A stretch of 64,000 nt of DNA from Octopus sinensis (lineage: Eukaryota), in assembly GCF_006345805.1 (NCBI RefSeq), contig NC_043007.1:68696001-68760000 (forward strand), given 5' to 3'. This document shows positions 37,505 to 50,870 of the stretch, piece after piece; within the stretch, counting starts at the first letter, position 1; each line of letters begins with the position of its first letter. Under the pieces are notes generated by a model that saw nothing but the letters and a program-made list of their open reading frames with translations, was not told where the DNA came from and ran no database searches. The position numbers were made by a program, and so were the translations under genes.

Positions 37505-38706
37505 GAGAGGGAATAAGACGGAAAGAGAAAATGAGAGAGGGGAGTTAGAGAGAGAGAGAGGAATATTATTAAGAGTAACTCTGTGAGGTAGAGATGGATA
37601 AAATAGACAAATATAAAGAGCGTGGCTGTCAGAACAGGTCAAGAGTTATAAGTTAAAAAAATTAAACTTGATTTCCGTGATAATTTGTAACGATATGAAA
37701 TTCTGAATCAGCTTAACATGTGAAAATGTCACGTATAATTAGAAATGATATGAAACGGTTTGCTTATTTAGGGAAACCTACTGAGTTTATAGAGCCAATA
37801 TATCTGTTGAAGCTTTTCAATGTCTTGTCAAACTAATTATTATTCATCGTTTTCAAAACTCTGCACTTATGAAATGTTTATTTTCATCCTTTAATGTTTA
37901 TTTACAAATGCTTACCGCTTAATATTGTAGGAGGGTGGTGAGTTGGCGGGTACTGTAGCCTGGATGGAATAACTAGGAAATGCGTTTAAGTTGCATTACG
38001 GTACATTCTAGGACCGAATTCCCTCTTTCCTTTCACTTTCTTTTTAGTATGATCGTTCAAGAATCGATAAACTGTTAACCAGAAGTATTATGTTAGGCGC
38101 CATTAGATTAACTATGCTCATCCTACTAAAGTGTTTATCTTGTGCGTCAAAGGAGAAGCCATTATTAATACCTGTTGAGAGGCGGGCAGATGATAGAATC
38201 TTAAAGTTACCTTCATCAGTCATCGGAATGTATGGCCAGCATATTTTCAATATGCAGTTCGTGTCCTTTTAATATGACATTCGCGTCTTGTTTTATTTTT
38301 CCCCTTATTTTTCAATCTAAGCTTGGAGTATGTTTAATCAACGGTTGGGGTCACGTTAGTTGGCAAGTTATATATCTTTTTTCCTTCTTACACTGATAAT
38401 ACTTTTTAGCAATATATAAATATTAAACCGCCCATTTTCTCATCACTAACATGAAAATTTTTACACGTTGTCAAAAATATAGCAACCAGCATTTTTCATG
38501 TGCAAGAAAAATCTCATTTCCTTTCCTTTCTTTATCGGACTAGGGAAAAAATAATTATATTCATCAGTTGTTTTCTTTCTTTTCTATCTTGCGCTGTCAA
38601 AATGCATACTACTCTTTCTTCTACTTTCTTTTATTTCATATATATATGTATGTATGTAGTATACGTGTAGGTGTGTATTTCATATATATAACTATATCCA
38701 TATGTA

Positions 38707-38911
38707 TCTTTTATCTTTTACTTGTTTCAGTCATTTGACTGCGGCCATGCTGGAGCACCACCGTGAATAATTTCAGTTGAACGAATCGACCATTTTTGTA
38801 AGACCTGGTGCTTACTTTATCGGGTTATTTTGCGGAACCGCCAATTTACGAGGACACCAACACACCAACGCCTCTTGTCAAGCGGTGGTGAGATATATGC
38901 ACACGCTCAAA

Positions 38912-38963
<52 letters not shown>

Positions 38964-39152
38964 CACATATACACACACAAATATACTCACACATGATATG
39001 CTTCCTTCAGTTTTCGTCTACCGAATTCACTCACAACGATTTGGTCAGCGCGAGGCTACAGTAGAAGATACTCGGCCAAGTTGTCACGCAGTGGGAGTAA
39101 ACCCGAAACCTTGTAATTGGGAAGCAGAATTGTTATCACACAGCCACACCTA
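38707..39152 (-). mobile_element. tRNA-headed SINE with internal (TG)n and tail CCAGCATGGCCGCAGTCAAATGACTGAAACAAGTAAAA
   Basis: Head, CORE-like CTTGGCCGAGT.TCTTCTAC segment and characteristic tail. Tail-like pieces also occur at ~1020-1075, 8105-8160 and 11480-11520. Confidence 0.8.
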
Positions 39153-39765
39153 TGTATGCAAATATATGACATAGACGAAGCTGAAGATATCAATTTAGCA
39201 GACGTTTAAAAATGGTTACAGTTGTTTCACTATAATCCACTTCGAACCATATTACACATAATCACTTTGTTCAGCCATCTATAATTACACATGTCTTGTG
39301 CAATTTATAACACATATTTGTGTGTAATCTTATTCGAAACAAAATGGGTAATAACCCTAGACATGCATTTAAAGCTCTTATACGGTTATCGGCTAGCATA
39401 TGCTGTCACACTACAGTGTTATTTCTGTTACAGCATATACATGTGGAACTCCGTTAGTGTGTATAGAGTATGAACAGGCTTCAGTTACAAAACACAAGTA
39501 TTGTTTTTGAGCAGTGGTAACAGCTGTTAATTGATGAGTTCTCCATACCATTATAAATAATTATATTAACAGATATAATCCAGCTGCAGCTGTGTGCCGG
39601 CACGTCATCAGGTGAGTGGCTTTGAAAACACTGCTGGATTACGTTCAGTTTCCTTTCGTTTTATTCGTCTTAGCATAATTAGCAGTCTCTTTTTACTGAG
39701 TAGCTCCTAAATTCAAGGCCACACATTACAAGTTATAAAAATACAATATATATATATATATATAT

Positions 39766-39834
<69 letters not shown>

Positions 39835-39873
39835 CACTACTACTTCTAGAAGTAGTAGTAGTAGTGATGATGC

Positions 39874-40030
39874 ATGACCTAGTGGTTAAATGTTGCACTT
39901 ACGATCGTGAGATCGTAGTTTCAGTTGCTACACCGGGTGGTGCCTTGTGTTCTTGAGCAAAACACTTAATGCCACATTGCTCTGTGATCACTTCAACACT
40001 TGACGTGTACTAATCCGTGCACCTGTTCAG
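39874..40030 (+). mobile_element. CORE-type SINE fragment
   Basis: TGACCTAGTGGTTA...TTGTGTTCTTGAGCAAAACACTT. Confidence 0.65.
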
Positions 40031-40163
40031 GCAACGTCTATTTGCAAGAAGGCACGATATTTGATCGCTATAAAGAAATCATTTGATCGGCAAAAAAAAA
40101 CACAAATAAAAAGAACCCGGACACTCATACGTTGTCTTCGATTTCCTGTATCTACAATGTCTT

Positions 40164-40456
40164 TGTTTGTTCCTTCTAAAGCCATACCTGGCTCATAATG
40201 GGCCAGTTTCCCGGTTTCATTGACGTATAGGTTTCCCACCTGGATGAGACGTCGGTCCATCGCAGGTGAGCTGCAAGATGCAAGAGGAAAGAGTGAGAGA
40301 AAGTTGTGGCGGAAGAGTCAGCAGAAGTTCTGCTAGAGCCGCGTGGAGCTTAGATGTCTTTGCTCATAAACATACATATCACTCGGTCTGAGATTCGAAC
40401 TCGCGATCCCTCGACCGCGAGTCCGCTGCTCAAACCACTAGGCCATGTGCCTCCAC
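40164..40456 (-). mobile_element. Full-length SINE, same family as 35083-35390, with ~10-bp TSD
   Basis: Colinear with 35083-35390; flanks ACAATGTCTT / ATAATGTCTT. Confidence 0.88.
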
Positions 40457-41334
40457 ATAATGTCTTCGTAGTCATTGTTAGTCTTTCTATTATCTTTGTT
40501 GCTGCTGTTGATCTTTTTTCCCATACAGTGATTCTCCTTTTTCGTGACCGCTACTTTTTAGAGTCAAAGAAAACGCACTGGTAGTCTTTAACCTGCTAGT
40601 TTTGCTACTGCTATTCTATGTGGGTGAAAAATCTTGTGAGGTGGAAGGGATTGGTAATAGGATTGGTATTGGGTTTGGAAGAAACATATCGTGGCCGAAA
40701 ACTCATATTTGTGAAAACGGTGAGGTTTTCTCCCAGTACCCTCATTTTCAAAACGCCTCAACCACATTATTTTAATGAGGTTACATGTCGTTTGATTGGT
40801 CTACCAGGGCTGTTCCTGACGAATAGAAAGTGTGGGTTGGTGGGGTACAGGGTAAAAGCGGAGAGTGGACGGGAAAAGTGTTCCAGAAAATTTACAGAGC
40901 TGAGACATTATATAAATATGACAAAAAGAAAACCAAAGAAGGCGATAGTTAATACAATGATGTTTAGCAGAGTTTGAAAGAGCAAAACTGCTTACAATGA
41001 AATTATTCTCTGGTCAGCGAACAAGTGAAATTTAAATGAATCAGGAGACGGAGATAGCCGTGTTGTGGCAAATGGCAATATTAGCAGTAGCAGGCTTGTG
41101 TATTTAGAGAGAGATGGTGGGGAGAGGGGGAGGCAGGGGAGAAGTGAGAGAGGGAAAAATTTTAAGCCAGCATGGTCTGTTTAGCTAGGAGAAGACGGAC
41201 AAATTGTTTTAGAAAAATTTAGAGGACAGAGACATAAATATAAGGAAAAGAAAAATAGAGATGGGTATCGTTAATATAGGATGTATAGCAATGTTTGAAA
41301 GAGCAAAATAACTTACCACTATAATTGTTATTAA

Positions 41335-41765
41335 AGCGGCGAGATGACATAAATATTAGTAAGTCGGACAAAATGTTTAGCTGCATTTCGTTCGCTTTTA
41401 CGTTCGTAGTTCAAATTTCTCTGATGTCGACTTTGCTTTTCATCCTTTCGAGGTCGATAAATTAAGTACCAGTGAAACACTGGGGTCGATGTAATCGACT
41501 CATCCCCTCCCTCAAAATGACTGCTCTTTTGGGAAAATGTGAAACCTTTTTTAAAGCGATTGACTGGAAGAATCGTTGGTACGCTGGACAAAATGTTTCG
41601 CGGTATTTCTCCCGTCGCTACGTTCTTAGTTCAAATTCGACTTTGCATTTCATCCTTTTGGGGTCGACAACTTAAGTACCAGCTGAACACAGTGATCGAT
41701 GCAATCGACTTGCTCCTTCCGCAAAAGTTCTGCCCTTGCGGCAAAATTTGAAACCATTATTATTA

Positions 41766-41820
<55 letters not shown>

Positions 41821-42030
41821 CATTATTATTATTATCATTATTAAGGCAGCAGGTTGGGGGAGTCGGTAGCATGTCGGACAAAGTTCTTATCGAAACATTT
41901 TCCGTCTTTACGTCCTGGATTTCTCCTTTCAAGGGTGATAAAATAAGTGCCAGTTGAGCGTCAAGGATGATGTTATTGACTTAGGCACCACCGATAATGC
42001 TAGCCTTGTGCCAAAATTTGAAACCATTGT
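41335..42030 (+). mobile_element. Three degenerate tRNA-derived SINE copies with an (ATT)n tract
   Basis: GGCGAG.TG...TTCAAATT...GGGGTCGAT motifs. Confidence 0.7.
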
Positions 42031-42095
42031 TGCTATTAGTACTGTTGTTGTTGGTGTTATTATTATTATTGTTGTTGTTGATATTATTATTATTA

Positions 42096-42126
<31 letters not shown>

Positions 42127-42162
42127 TATTATTATATTATTATTATATTATTATTATTATTA

Positions 42163-42198
<36 letters not shown>

Positions 42199-43226
42199 TA
42201 TTATTATTATATTATTATTATTATTATATTATTATATTAATTATGGCAGTTTATTGGCAGACACGTTTCAGCACGGGGAAAATGCCTTGAGGCATTACTC
42301 CCGTAATTGCGATACATATATACATAGATACATACACGTAATATGAATGATATGTTATATATATATAATAATGCACACACACACATACATACATACAAAA
42401 ACACATACATATATATGTGTGTGTGTGTTTGAATACATACACAAACACATTTGATAGTAAAGAAAAACCATACATTTTGAGAGGGAATAAAAATCAATGT
42501 CTACTCGCAAATGGCAAATCCACATTATTGCAGAATCTACCAAATATTGCATTAATATACATAGTTGTAACAAGCTGGTTACGATAATGGAACGTAGCAA
42601 TATTTTATTTCGTATCCTCTCTTTGATACCAATAAACATGTTGTTTATTTTATGATTTCCTATCTTCATTTTCAGTGCATTACATTTGAAGTACGCGTGT
42701 CTTTGCTGACACAAACCCCACTGCAGGATATGATATAGGTTTTACGATACAACATAAAGGCTTTTGTTCTACCTTCATGACGGGGATTTAAAACTGGGTG
42801 TCAAAAATGGATAATGACTCGGAAGTAACATAACATCTACGACAACAAAATACCGATAGTAGTTGCAATATTTCCGATTACACAGGCACAAACCGAAAAT
42901 AGAGCAAGCAATGTGACACACACAAATACACACTCACACGCGCGCACACACACAATACATATACATAGACCTACGTGTATACAGACACCTGTACACTAAT
43001 ACATATATGTACATGTATGTATTATTTCGATTTTATAGAAGGGAGAAAGAGCGTACAAGAGATAAATAGGATTATTTATATTTCTATTAGCTGGGATATG
43101 TACACTGATTGAACAGAGGCTGAATTGGCTTACTCTAAGCTCCTCCTCGAGTCATTAGCTCCTTGGACATAAAGAGAGTTCATGGATGCATATGTTTAGA
43201 TATATGCATACACAGACGCATATATA

Positions 43227-43295
<69 letters not shown>

Positions 43296-43493
43296 TGCAT
43301 GATATATATACAGGTGGAGTGTAATATATTACATATACATGCATAAGACATATATATATATATATATATAAATGTGTTTGTGCACGTGCGCAAGCACGTG
43401 TTTATGTATTATGGGTTTATCGGTCAGTAATTCATATAACCAAAAAATGAAGCATATTCTAAAACATTGGCGCAGTAGTATATTTAGAAGTTA

Positions 43494-43880
43494 AGGCGAT
43501 GAGCTGGCAGAGACGTTAGCACGGCGGGCGAAATGCTTAACGGTATTTCGCCTGCCGTTACGTTCTGAGTTCAAATTCCGCCGAGGTCGACTTTGCCTTT
43601 CATTCTTTCGGGGTCGATAAATTAAGTACTAGTTGCGTACTGGGTCGATATAATCGACTTAATCCGTTTGTCTGTCCTTGCTTGTCCTCTCTGTGTTTAG
43701 CTCCTTGTAGGTAGTAAAGAAATAGGTAGTTCGCCCGTCGCAACAAACTCAGTTCAAATGCGCTGAGGTCGACTTTGCCTTTCATCCTTCCGGGGTCGAT
43801 AAATTAAGTACCAGTTTTTTTTACTGGGTTCGATCTAATCAACTGTCCCTTCCCCCAAATTTCAGGCCTTGTCCTTATAA
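43494..43880 (+). mobile_element. tRNA-derived SINE plus a partial tandem second copy
   Basis: Near-consensus GGCGATGAGCTGGCAGAGACGTTAGCACGGCGGGCGAAATGC...AAAGAAATAGGT. Confidence 0.88.
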
Positions 43881-44028
43881 TAGAAAAGATTGCTACTGGG
43901 ATATATACCTGTAGGTGAAATAACCATGTAATATTCATCTGATATTTACTATGATTCAAAATATTGTCAGTGTTGCATATAGTCTTCTTCTCCTGTGCGC
44001 ACGCACACACACACACACATACACACAT

Positions 44029-44067
<39 letters not shown>

Positions 44068-44205
44068 CATATATGCACTATGGTCTTCCATAGTTTCCGT
44101 CAACCAGATTTACTCACGAGGCATTGGTGAACTCGGGCAATAGTAGAAGTTACAATCCCAAAACGCCGCACAGAATCCGAAGTCACATGATTGCAAAGCG
44201 AGCTG

Positions 44206-45034
44206 TTTGATCCCACTGCTCGCTTGTCTGTAATTATATATCTCATGCTTGATCCCACTGCTCGCTTGTCTGTTGTTATATATTTCATGTTTGATCCCAC
44301 TGCTCCCTTGTCTCTTGTTACATATAAATGCTTGATTCTACTGTTCGCTTGACTCTTGTTACATATCTCATGCTTGATCCCACTGCTCGCTTGTCCCTTG
44401 TTATATATCTCATGCTTGATCCCACGGCTCGCTTGTCTCTTGTTACATATCAAATGCTTGATCCCACTGCTCGCTTGTCTGTTGTTATATATCTCTTGCT
44501 TGATCCCATTGCTCGCTTGTCTCTTGTCACATATCAACTGCTTGATCCCACTGCTCGCTTGTCTCTTGTTACATATCAAATGCTTGATCCCACTGCTCGC
44601 TTGTCTGTTTTTATATATCTCTTGCTTGATCTCACTGCTCGCTTGTCTCTTGTTACATATCAAATGCTTGATCCCACTGCTCGCTTGTCTGTTTTTATAT
44701 ATCTCTTGCTTGACCCCACTGCTCGCTTGTCTGTTGTTATATATCTCACTCTTGATCCCACCGCTCGCTTGTCTTTTGTTAAATATCTCACGCTTGATCC
44801 CACTGCTCCCTTGTCTCTTGTTACATATCAAATGCTTGATTCTACTGTTCGCTTCTCTATTGTTATATATCTCATGCTTGATCCCACTGCTCGCTTGTCT
44901 CTTGTTATATATCTCATGCTTGATCCCACTGCTCGCTTGACTCTTGTTACATATCTCATGCTTGATCCCACTGCTCGCTTGTCCCTTGTTATATATCTCA
45001 TGCTTGATCCCACTGCTCGCTTGACTCTTGTTAT
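44206..45034. repeat. 42-bp minisatellite, ~20 units, two alternating subtypes
   Basis: GATCCCACTGCTCGCTTGTC recurs every 42 bp (44209, 44251, 44293 ... 45006; one 41-bp unit). Confidence 0.95.
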
Positions 45035-45249
45035 AAGTCTCATACGCATAAATTTGAGAAAAATGTCATTTTACTGCGGGCAGAAACGGAAATTAAAAGA
45101 AAGTCTAATCTTGGTTTATGTGAAGAGAATTCGAAGACTGAATATTTTGTTTTCTTTTTTAACGATTTAGGTCAGATTTACAAAGTTATTAAGTAATGTG
45201 TTGTTGGTAAGGTGTAAGTAAATTGCAGTATATGAAGGTGCATTTAGTG

Positions 45250-46620
45250 GTTATATGTATGTGAGCGTAGTGTGTGTTTGTGAGTATATGTGTGTTTGTG
45301 TGTATGTGTGTGTATGTGTGTGTACGTGAGTTAAGTATATGCTTGTCTTATCTGTATTTGTATATCAGAGTGGGTGATTTTTGCGTGACATATATGTAAG
45401 TATAAAGTAGATGTGTATGAATGTGGTGTGTTATGAGTATACGCATGTGTATGATTTTTTTTTTAGGTAGTGGCAATTAGTTTGTGTGCATGAAAGTGTG
45501 TGTTTGTGTATTTTATTTGAAAACAGTTTGTGTACAATGGTGCGTTGGATATAAGTATTTACTGCGTATATAAGCATATGGGGTTTAAGTCTGTATTGTG
45601 TAGGTGTATGTGTTAACTTTATACGCTTGTGCATGTGTGTACAAAATGTATATGTTCATATGGATGAGAATGATATCGGTATGGCAACGATGAAGGTATA
45701 TATATACTTGTTTTTATGTAGTGCACGATTCTGATATAATTTTTAAATGTTTCTTAAAAGTGGTGTGTTTATGTGTGTATATTATGAGCGTGTTTTTACC
45801 TGTGCGGGTGTCGAACGGTTTTTAATTATGCATACGCATCTCTTGTGCGTACCTGTAGATATAAGTGTATGGAAGTGTGTGTGTGTGTGTTGTGCGTGTG
45901 TATCTGTGTGTATGATTCGGGCATATGTAGAGCAGTGTTTGCTTGTAAATTTCTTTGCGTTTGTGGGTGGCGAACGTATTTAAATTACATATGTGTTTCT
46001 ATTGTGAGAATATGTGTGTATGTGTGTGTGCCAGTATATATGTAGATGTGAAGATTTTCATGTAAATATATCTGTGTGTACGATTTGGATATGTGTGTAT
46101 CCAGCAGTGTAAGCTTTGTGTATGCATAGCATCTTGGGAATGTATTTGCATATAATTGTATATACGTGTGTGAGCGTTTGTGTGTGTGTGTATGTGTTTG
46201 TGTGTGAGAGAGAGAGAGAGAGAGAGTGAGAAGGAGGGATTTATGTGGAATATGTGTGTGTGCTGTGTGAATGTATGTTTATCGTATTTTTATGCTAAAT
46301 GCACTTTAATATCGGGCGCGTGTGCGTAGATGCATGACTGAAGCGTATGGTATACGTGTGAACATGCAAGAGGGTGTGACAACTTTAATGTAGGCGTATG
46401 AAAGGCGCGTGTATTTGTGTATGTGTTAGTCATCGGGTTTGATGTGATGTATACTATTCTGTACATGTATATGTGCAGGTGTGCAGTGTGTATACGTAGC
46501 ACTCGTACTTATTCGTATTGGCGTGTGCGCGACTGTGTGTGTGTGCGTGCTCGCGGGCGCACTTTGTGTGAGTGTGTGTGTGTTTATGTGTGCATTGTTG
46601 GACGTAAGTATGAAAATTCC
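45250..46620. repeat. Degenerate TG/TA-rich low-complexity tract
   Basis: Decayed (TG)n/(TA)n throughout. Confidence 0.7.
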
Positions 46621-46758
46621 GCAAGTTTAGTGTCCGTGCGTATTTTTTGTTTTTCTTGTAATATATATATAATATATATATATATATTATTCGGTAGCCA
46701 GGAGTTTTATCATGGCCACCGAATATTGTCACATATTACATTTACAGATATATATATA

Positions 46759-46889
46759 CAGGGTGTCCCCCAAAAATGTATACACACCTTAAATAATTGT
46801 AAATTTGTTATTCTTTGTAAGCCTAGTACTTATTCTATCGTTCTCTTTTGCCAAACCACTATGTGTATACATTTTTTTGGGACACCCTG
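46759..46889. mobile_element. Tc1-like MITE (131 bp) with TA TSD
   Basis: TIRs CAGGGTGTCCCCCAAAAATGTATACACA / TGTGTATACATTTTTTTGGGACACCCTG, flanked by TA. Confidence 0.85.
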
Positions 46890-46941
46890 TATATATATAT
46901 ATATATTATATATATATTTGTGTTATATATATATATATATA

Positions 46942-46997
<56 letters not shown>

Positions 46998-47015
46998 GGC
47001 CCATATACATATGGC

Positions 47016-47250
47016 CCAGTGGTTAGGGCAGTGGTTAGGTTTCGATTGAGCGAAAACATCTAACAGCTCCACGAGGCTCCGGCAGGGGGGGATCCCTGCT
47101 GTACTCTTTCACCACTCTTTCTCCCACTCTTTCTTCTGTTGGCCTGCTCGCTTACCCAGCGGAGTGGCGTCATTCGAAGGCTAAAACAATGCGAACGCAT
47201 TGTGACCAGCGATGTGTAACTACATCTGATGGATTGGTCGGTCACGTGAT

Positions 47251-47258
<8 letters not shown>
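47016..47258 (+). mobile_element. tRNA-derived SINE (family TGGCCCAGTGGTTAGGGCAG), head partly deleted
   Basis: A-box-like head, body CAGCTCCACGAGGCTCCGGCAG related to the 35083 family, tail GGTCACGTGATCACGTGAT. Confidence 0.7.
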
Positions 47259-47296
<38 letters not shown>

Positions 47297-47589
47297 CAGG
47301 GAGAGTTACAGGCTGTGAATCCAACCAACTAAGAGATAGTACCTATTCAATATACTGCTGGTAGTGTAACCAATTATTAATACCCAACTGCTGGTTATTG
47401 CGTGGCAATTTCACTATTCATATTCATATTCATATTTATATCTATATTTATAATTGTTGGAGCATGAGTATGAACAGATAAGGATGCAAACACTCCACCA
47501 TTATGGTATACAAATGGCATGTTACCCCATACTCATTCTAAGAATACTATACACAAATATGGCTGATACACTAGCATTAGTAACCCCTC

Positions 47590-47827
47590 TATGTATCTAT
47601 TTCTTTACTACCCACAAGGGGCTAAACATAGAGGGGACAAACAAGGACAGACAAATGGATTAAGTCGATTGCATCGACCTCAGTGCGTAACTGGTACTTA
47701 TTTAATCGATACCGAAAGGATGAAAGGCAAAGTCGACCTCGGCGGAATTTGAACTCAGAACGTAGCGGTAGACGAAATACCACAAAGCATTTCGCCCGGC
47801 GTGCTAACGTTTCTGCCAGCTCCCGCC
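47590..47827 (-). mobile_element. tRNA-derived SINE
   Basis: Near-consensus copy of the 6444 family. Confidence 0.88.
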
Positions 47828-47954
47828 TTTATGTATCTTTAATAAATACACATAGACTAGATCATCTTTTATAATAAAACTAAACAATTAAATTACACCC
47901 TACTATATACAGAGTAATAACTATATAAATATCCATTAGACTTGATCACCAATT

Positions 47955-47993
<39 letters not shown>

Positions 47994-48749
47994 TATATAT
48001 ATAAAACGTTTATGATCAACCCCAATACAGAACCAATTAATTAATTATTTAATTGTTTAACTATTTAATTTATTAGCTACAAATGCTAGAGTTACTTCCA
48101 TTTAGTTATGCATAATTTTACCGTTAAATAAATATGTGTACAGATACATATTCAAACATTCTACTTCAAGCTAATATCCACCGACACACGCTTAAATAAA
48201 ACACTAAATTTAAACTTAATAAATAAACGAATATATTAATTAATTGGATAATTAATTGGTTAATTAATTAAATAATTCAGCACTATTACATAGTGCCATG
48301 CATTTAATGTTTTATATCCAATATACTATATTTTATCAATATAGTTTTAGCGATGAGTAACAACTTAGAAAAACAAATAATTTATCCGGTTCATTTGATT
48401 TGTTGTCCCTTGTTATGAATTCTTCCTTATATCTTCCAACATAAATGAATCCCCTGCATTGCTCCTATATTATTGTTAAAAATATACAATTGATTTCTCT
48501 AATTGGATAGATATGTGTTTTACATTTATTGTATGCGTTTTTATACCTTTGTAATAATTTACTCTAAGTATCAGTCTATTAAGATCACATCCCCTTAGAC
48601 ATATCACTCTAGTTATCGTACTCACTAATTTATTTCTCTACATTTTACTTATCTTATTTCAGCTTAATCTAATTTACTCTAGTTTCAATGGTAATTTTAT
48701 TTTCCTCTTCTACCTGCCCATAGTTGACCATGGTTTATTTGTTTTTATG

Positions 48750-49333
48750 CATTTATATATTATCTAATTTGTTTTTGTGCTATCTGTTAACCATTAACCG
48801 ACCACAACAGCGTCATGGTCTTTCGAAGAAAGTGTTGACCAATTAGGTTACGGAACTGATCATGACCCCCTCCCCGCTACTCACAGGGATTAAGAAACTT
48901 GTTGATCGGAAAAATAACGGAAACTAATACAGCATTTTGGTCACTACCTGGAGCTTTACTATTATAACTATTAATATAAACTTTCACCTCCGTAAAGTCG
49001 ACCATGCTCTCAAGCCCTCAACCGTAGACATATCGTATATTTGTATTAATATGTGAGCAAAATACGAACCACTGCATGAATCCACCCTTCCTAAAAACTC
49101 ATACTAAAAATTTCTATAACCATCGATCCACCACTAGATGTTATAACATAAATATTGGAAGGCAACGCATGAAATATGTATGTGTCTATATATATATATC
49201 CTTTCATATTCCTTTTCCTTTCTACAAAGTTATACTCCTCTCAAACTCTATTACTTACTCCTATTTTGCTCTTATTACTCTTCTTATACTCTTTAATGGG
49301 AATAATGTATTGTATCTACTAGTAACTGATTCT

Positions 49334-49420
<87 letters not shown>

Positions 49421-49560
49421 ATGTGTGTGTGTGTGTGTGTTACTGTGTATATGTATATTTATGTATACATGCATTAGCCCTCTGAACTTTTAGACCGTCT
49501 TTTGAACTCTCTGATGAAGCCCAGAGGCACTTCCAAAGCCCTAATTTTATCTACCGATCA
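48750..49560 (+). mobile_element. Degenerate Penelope-like endonuclease end and terminal repeat
   Basis: Decayed EQ....MNP.F (cf. REQ.WI..L.T..P.GLN) and a broken hammerhead CTGATGAAGCC-CAGA-GGC with GAAA lost at ~49511. Confidence 0.35.
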
Positions 49561-49797
49561 CTACTGAACACCGAAGAAATGAAATTAACATGTAGGGTAT
49601 TGTGACCGCTTGGCAGAAAATGCCGTAAGAAACTGTTCTTTTTCTATTTTATGAATTACTGGAACGTATGTATGTATGTAATAGAGTCTTTACATACGTA
49701 TATATTTTCATAAATATTTTAGAATAAATAAATAGACATAATATAATGTCTAACGCTTGATGCATACTATTTCTGTATCGCGTCCATTTAATTCTTG

Positions 49798-49850
<53 letters not shown>

Positions 49851-49959
49851 ATATATATATATGCATGGGGAAGCTGTGAGAAGTAAAGTGATCTGTCAAT
49901 CCCGATGGAAATGAAAAGCAGGAGATGCGATGTTCAAACCACACTGACACCACTATGCA

Positions 49960-50870
49960 GTATTACGCAGAAAGGCTAGCAAAGCAAAAATGGCGGAGGA
50001 CTAGCAGCCGTCATTGTGAGAGTTTTCTAAGGTGTTTTTCAAATCAGTCCAGATGAAACCCGTGACTCCGTAAACATGGTCGGTAGAGATGCAACATGAA
50101 AAATACTCTGATGAGTAAATTACGGTTGTTGGTTCCGGTATGAGTAGTGATTTTGCAAGGGAAAGCATAAACGCGGTATTGGTTACAGCAGAATGGTAAG
50201 AATGCGAAGTTTCAGACATGCAGGTTGCGAACAAATGAGATTAGGGGTTGAAGGGGGAAAAGGGGTGGATTGAGCGATAGGTAAGATGAAAGTTGGTAGA
50301 TTAGTCTGTAAAAGAGGTAAATTGGAAGGGTGTTAGGCGTTAGATGAGGTGAAACGGGAGGTTGTTTGTGAGGGTAGTAAAAGGCCGTGACTGTAGCGTT
50401 ACGGTCAACTTCACTCTTGCGGGTAGGAGCGTAAAGGGAATAAGAAGAATGGTTATTTGCGCCACGTACGTAATCTAATCATACGTCGAGTATGTGTTTC
50501 AAGGTCATGACTGCAGCCTCATAGATGTCAATGACGATGAGTTGGAAGTAGGGGATTAAGTATTTAGTTTGGATGAAATGAAAGAAGGGCAAAGTAAAGC
50601 TGGAATAAATGTCAGTTGGTGTGAAGAAGATGGAGGCGCTGAGATTCAGGTGGAGGTGGTCCATGTAGACAGAAATGTCAAGGCAGTTGGTAGAGCATTC
50701 GACGACGGAGGTTAGTTGGAAAGATGTTTGCAAAATGTTGACCAAAGAGGTAAAGAAGTTGAGCTATTTCTGGAAGAAATAGAAAGAGAGAAAGCGAAAG
50801 CGAGAGAGAGAAGGTGGGGAATGATAGCGAGAGAGAAGTCATGATTTAGTCTCTATGCAGCGACCTTCTA
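49960..50870 (-). mobile_element. Degenerate Penelope-like RT C-terminus + GIY-YIG
   Basis: NCLDISV...SIFFTPTDIYS...TKYLIPYFQLI (cf. FLDI.V...TSV.YKPTD.H.YL...K.SIPYSQ.LRL), followed by a cysteine-rich YxG EN-like segment. Confidence 0.65.

Noticed and set aside
40600-41330. Possible decayed Penelope-like coding remnant on the minus strand
   Set aside because: Motif similarity is too weak to support a call without alignment tools.
44206-45034. Regularly spaced conserved motif superficially like a CRISPR array
   Set aside because: The inter-motif sequence is itself repeated, with no unique spacers. It is a eukaryotic minisatellite with no cas genes.
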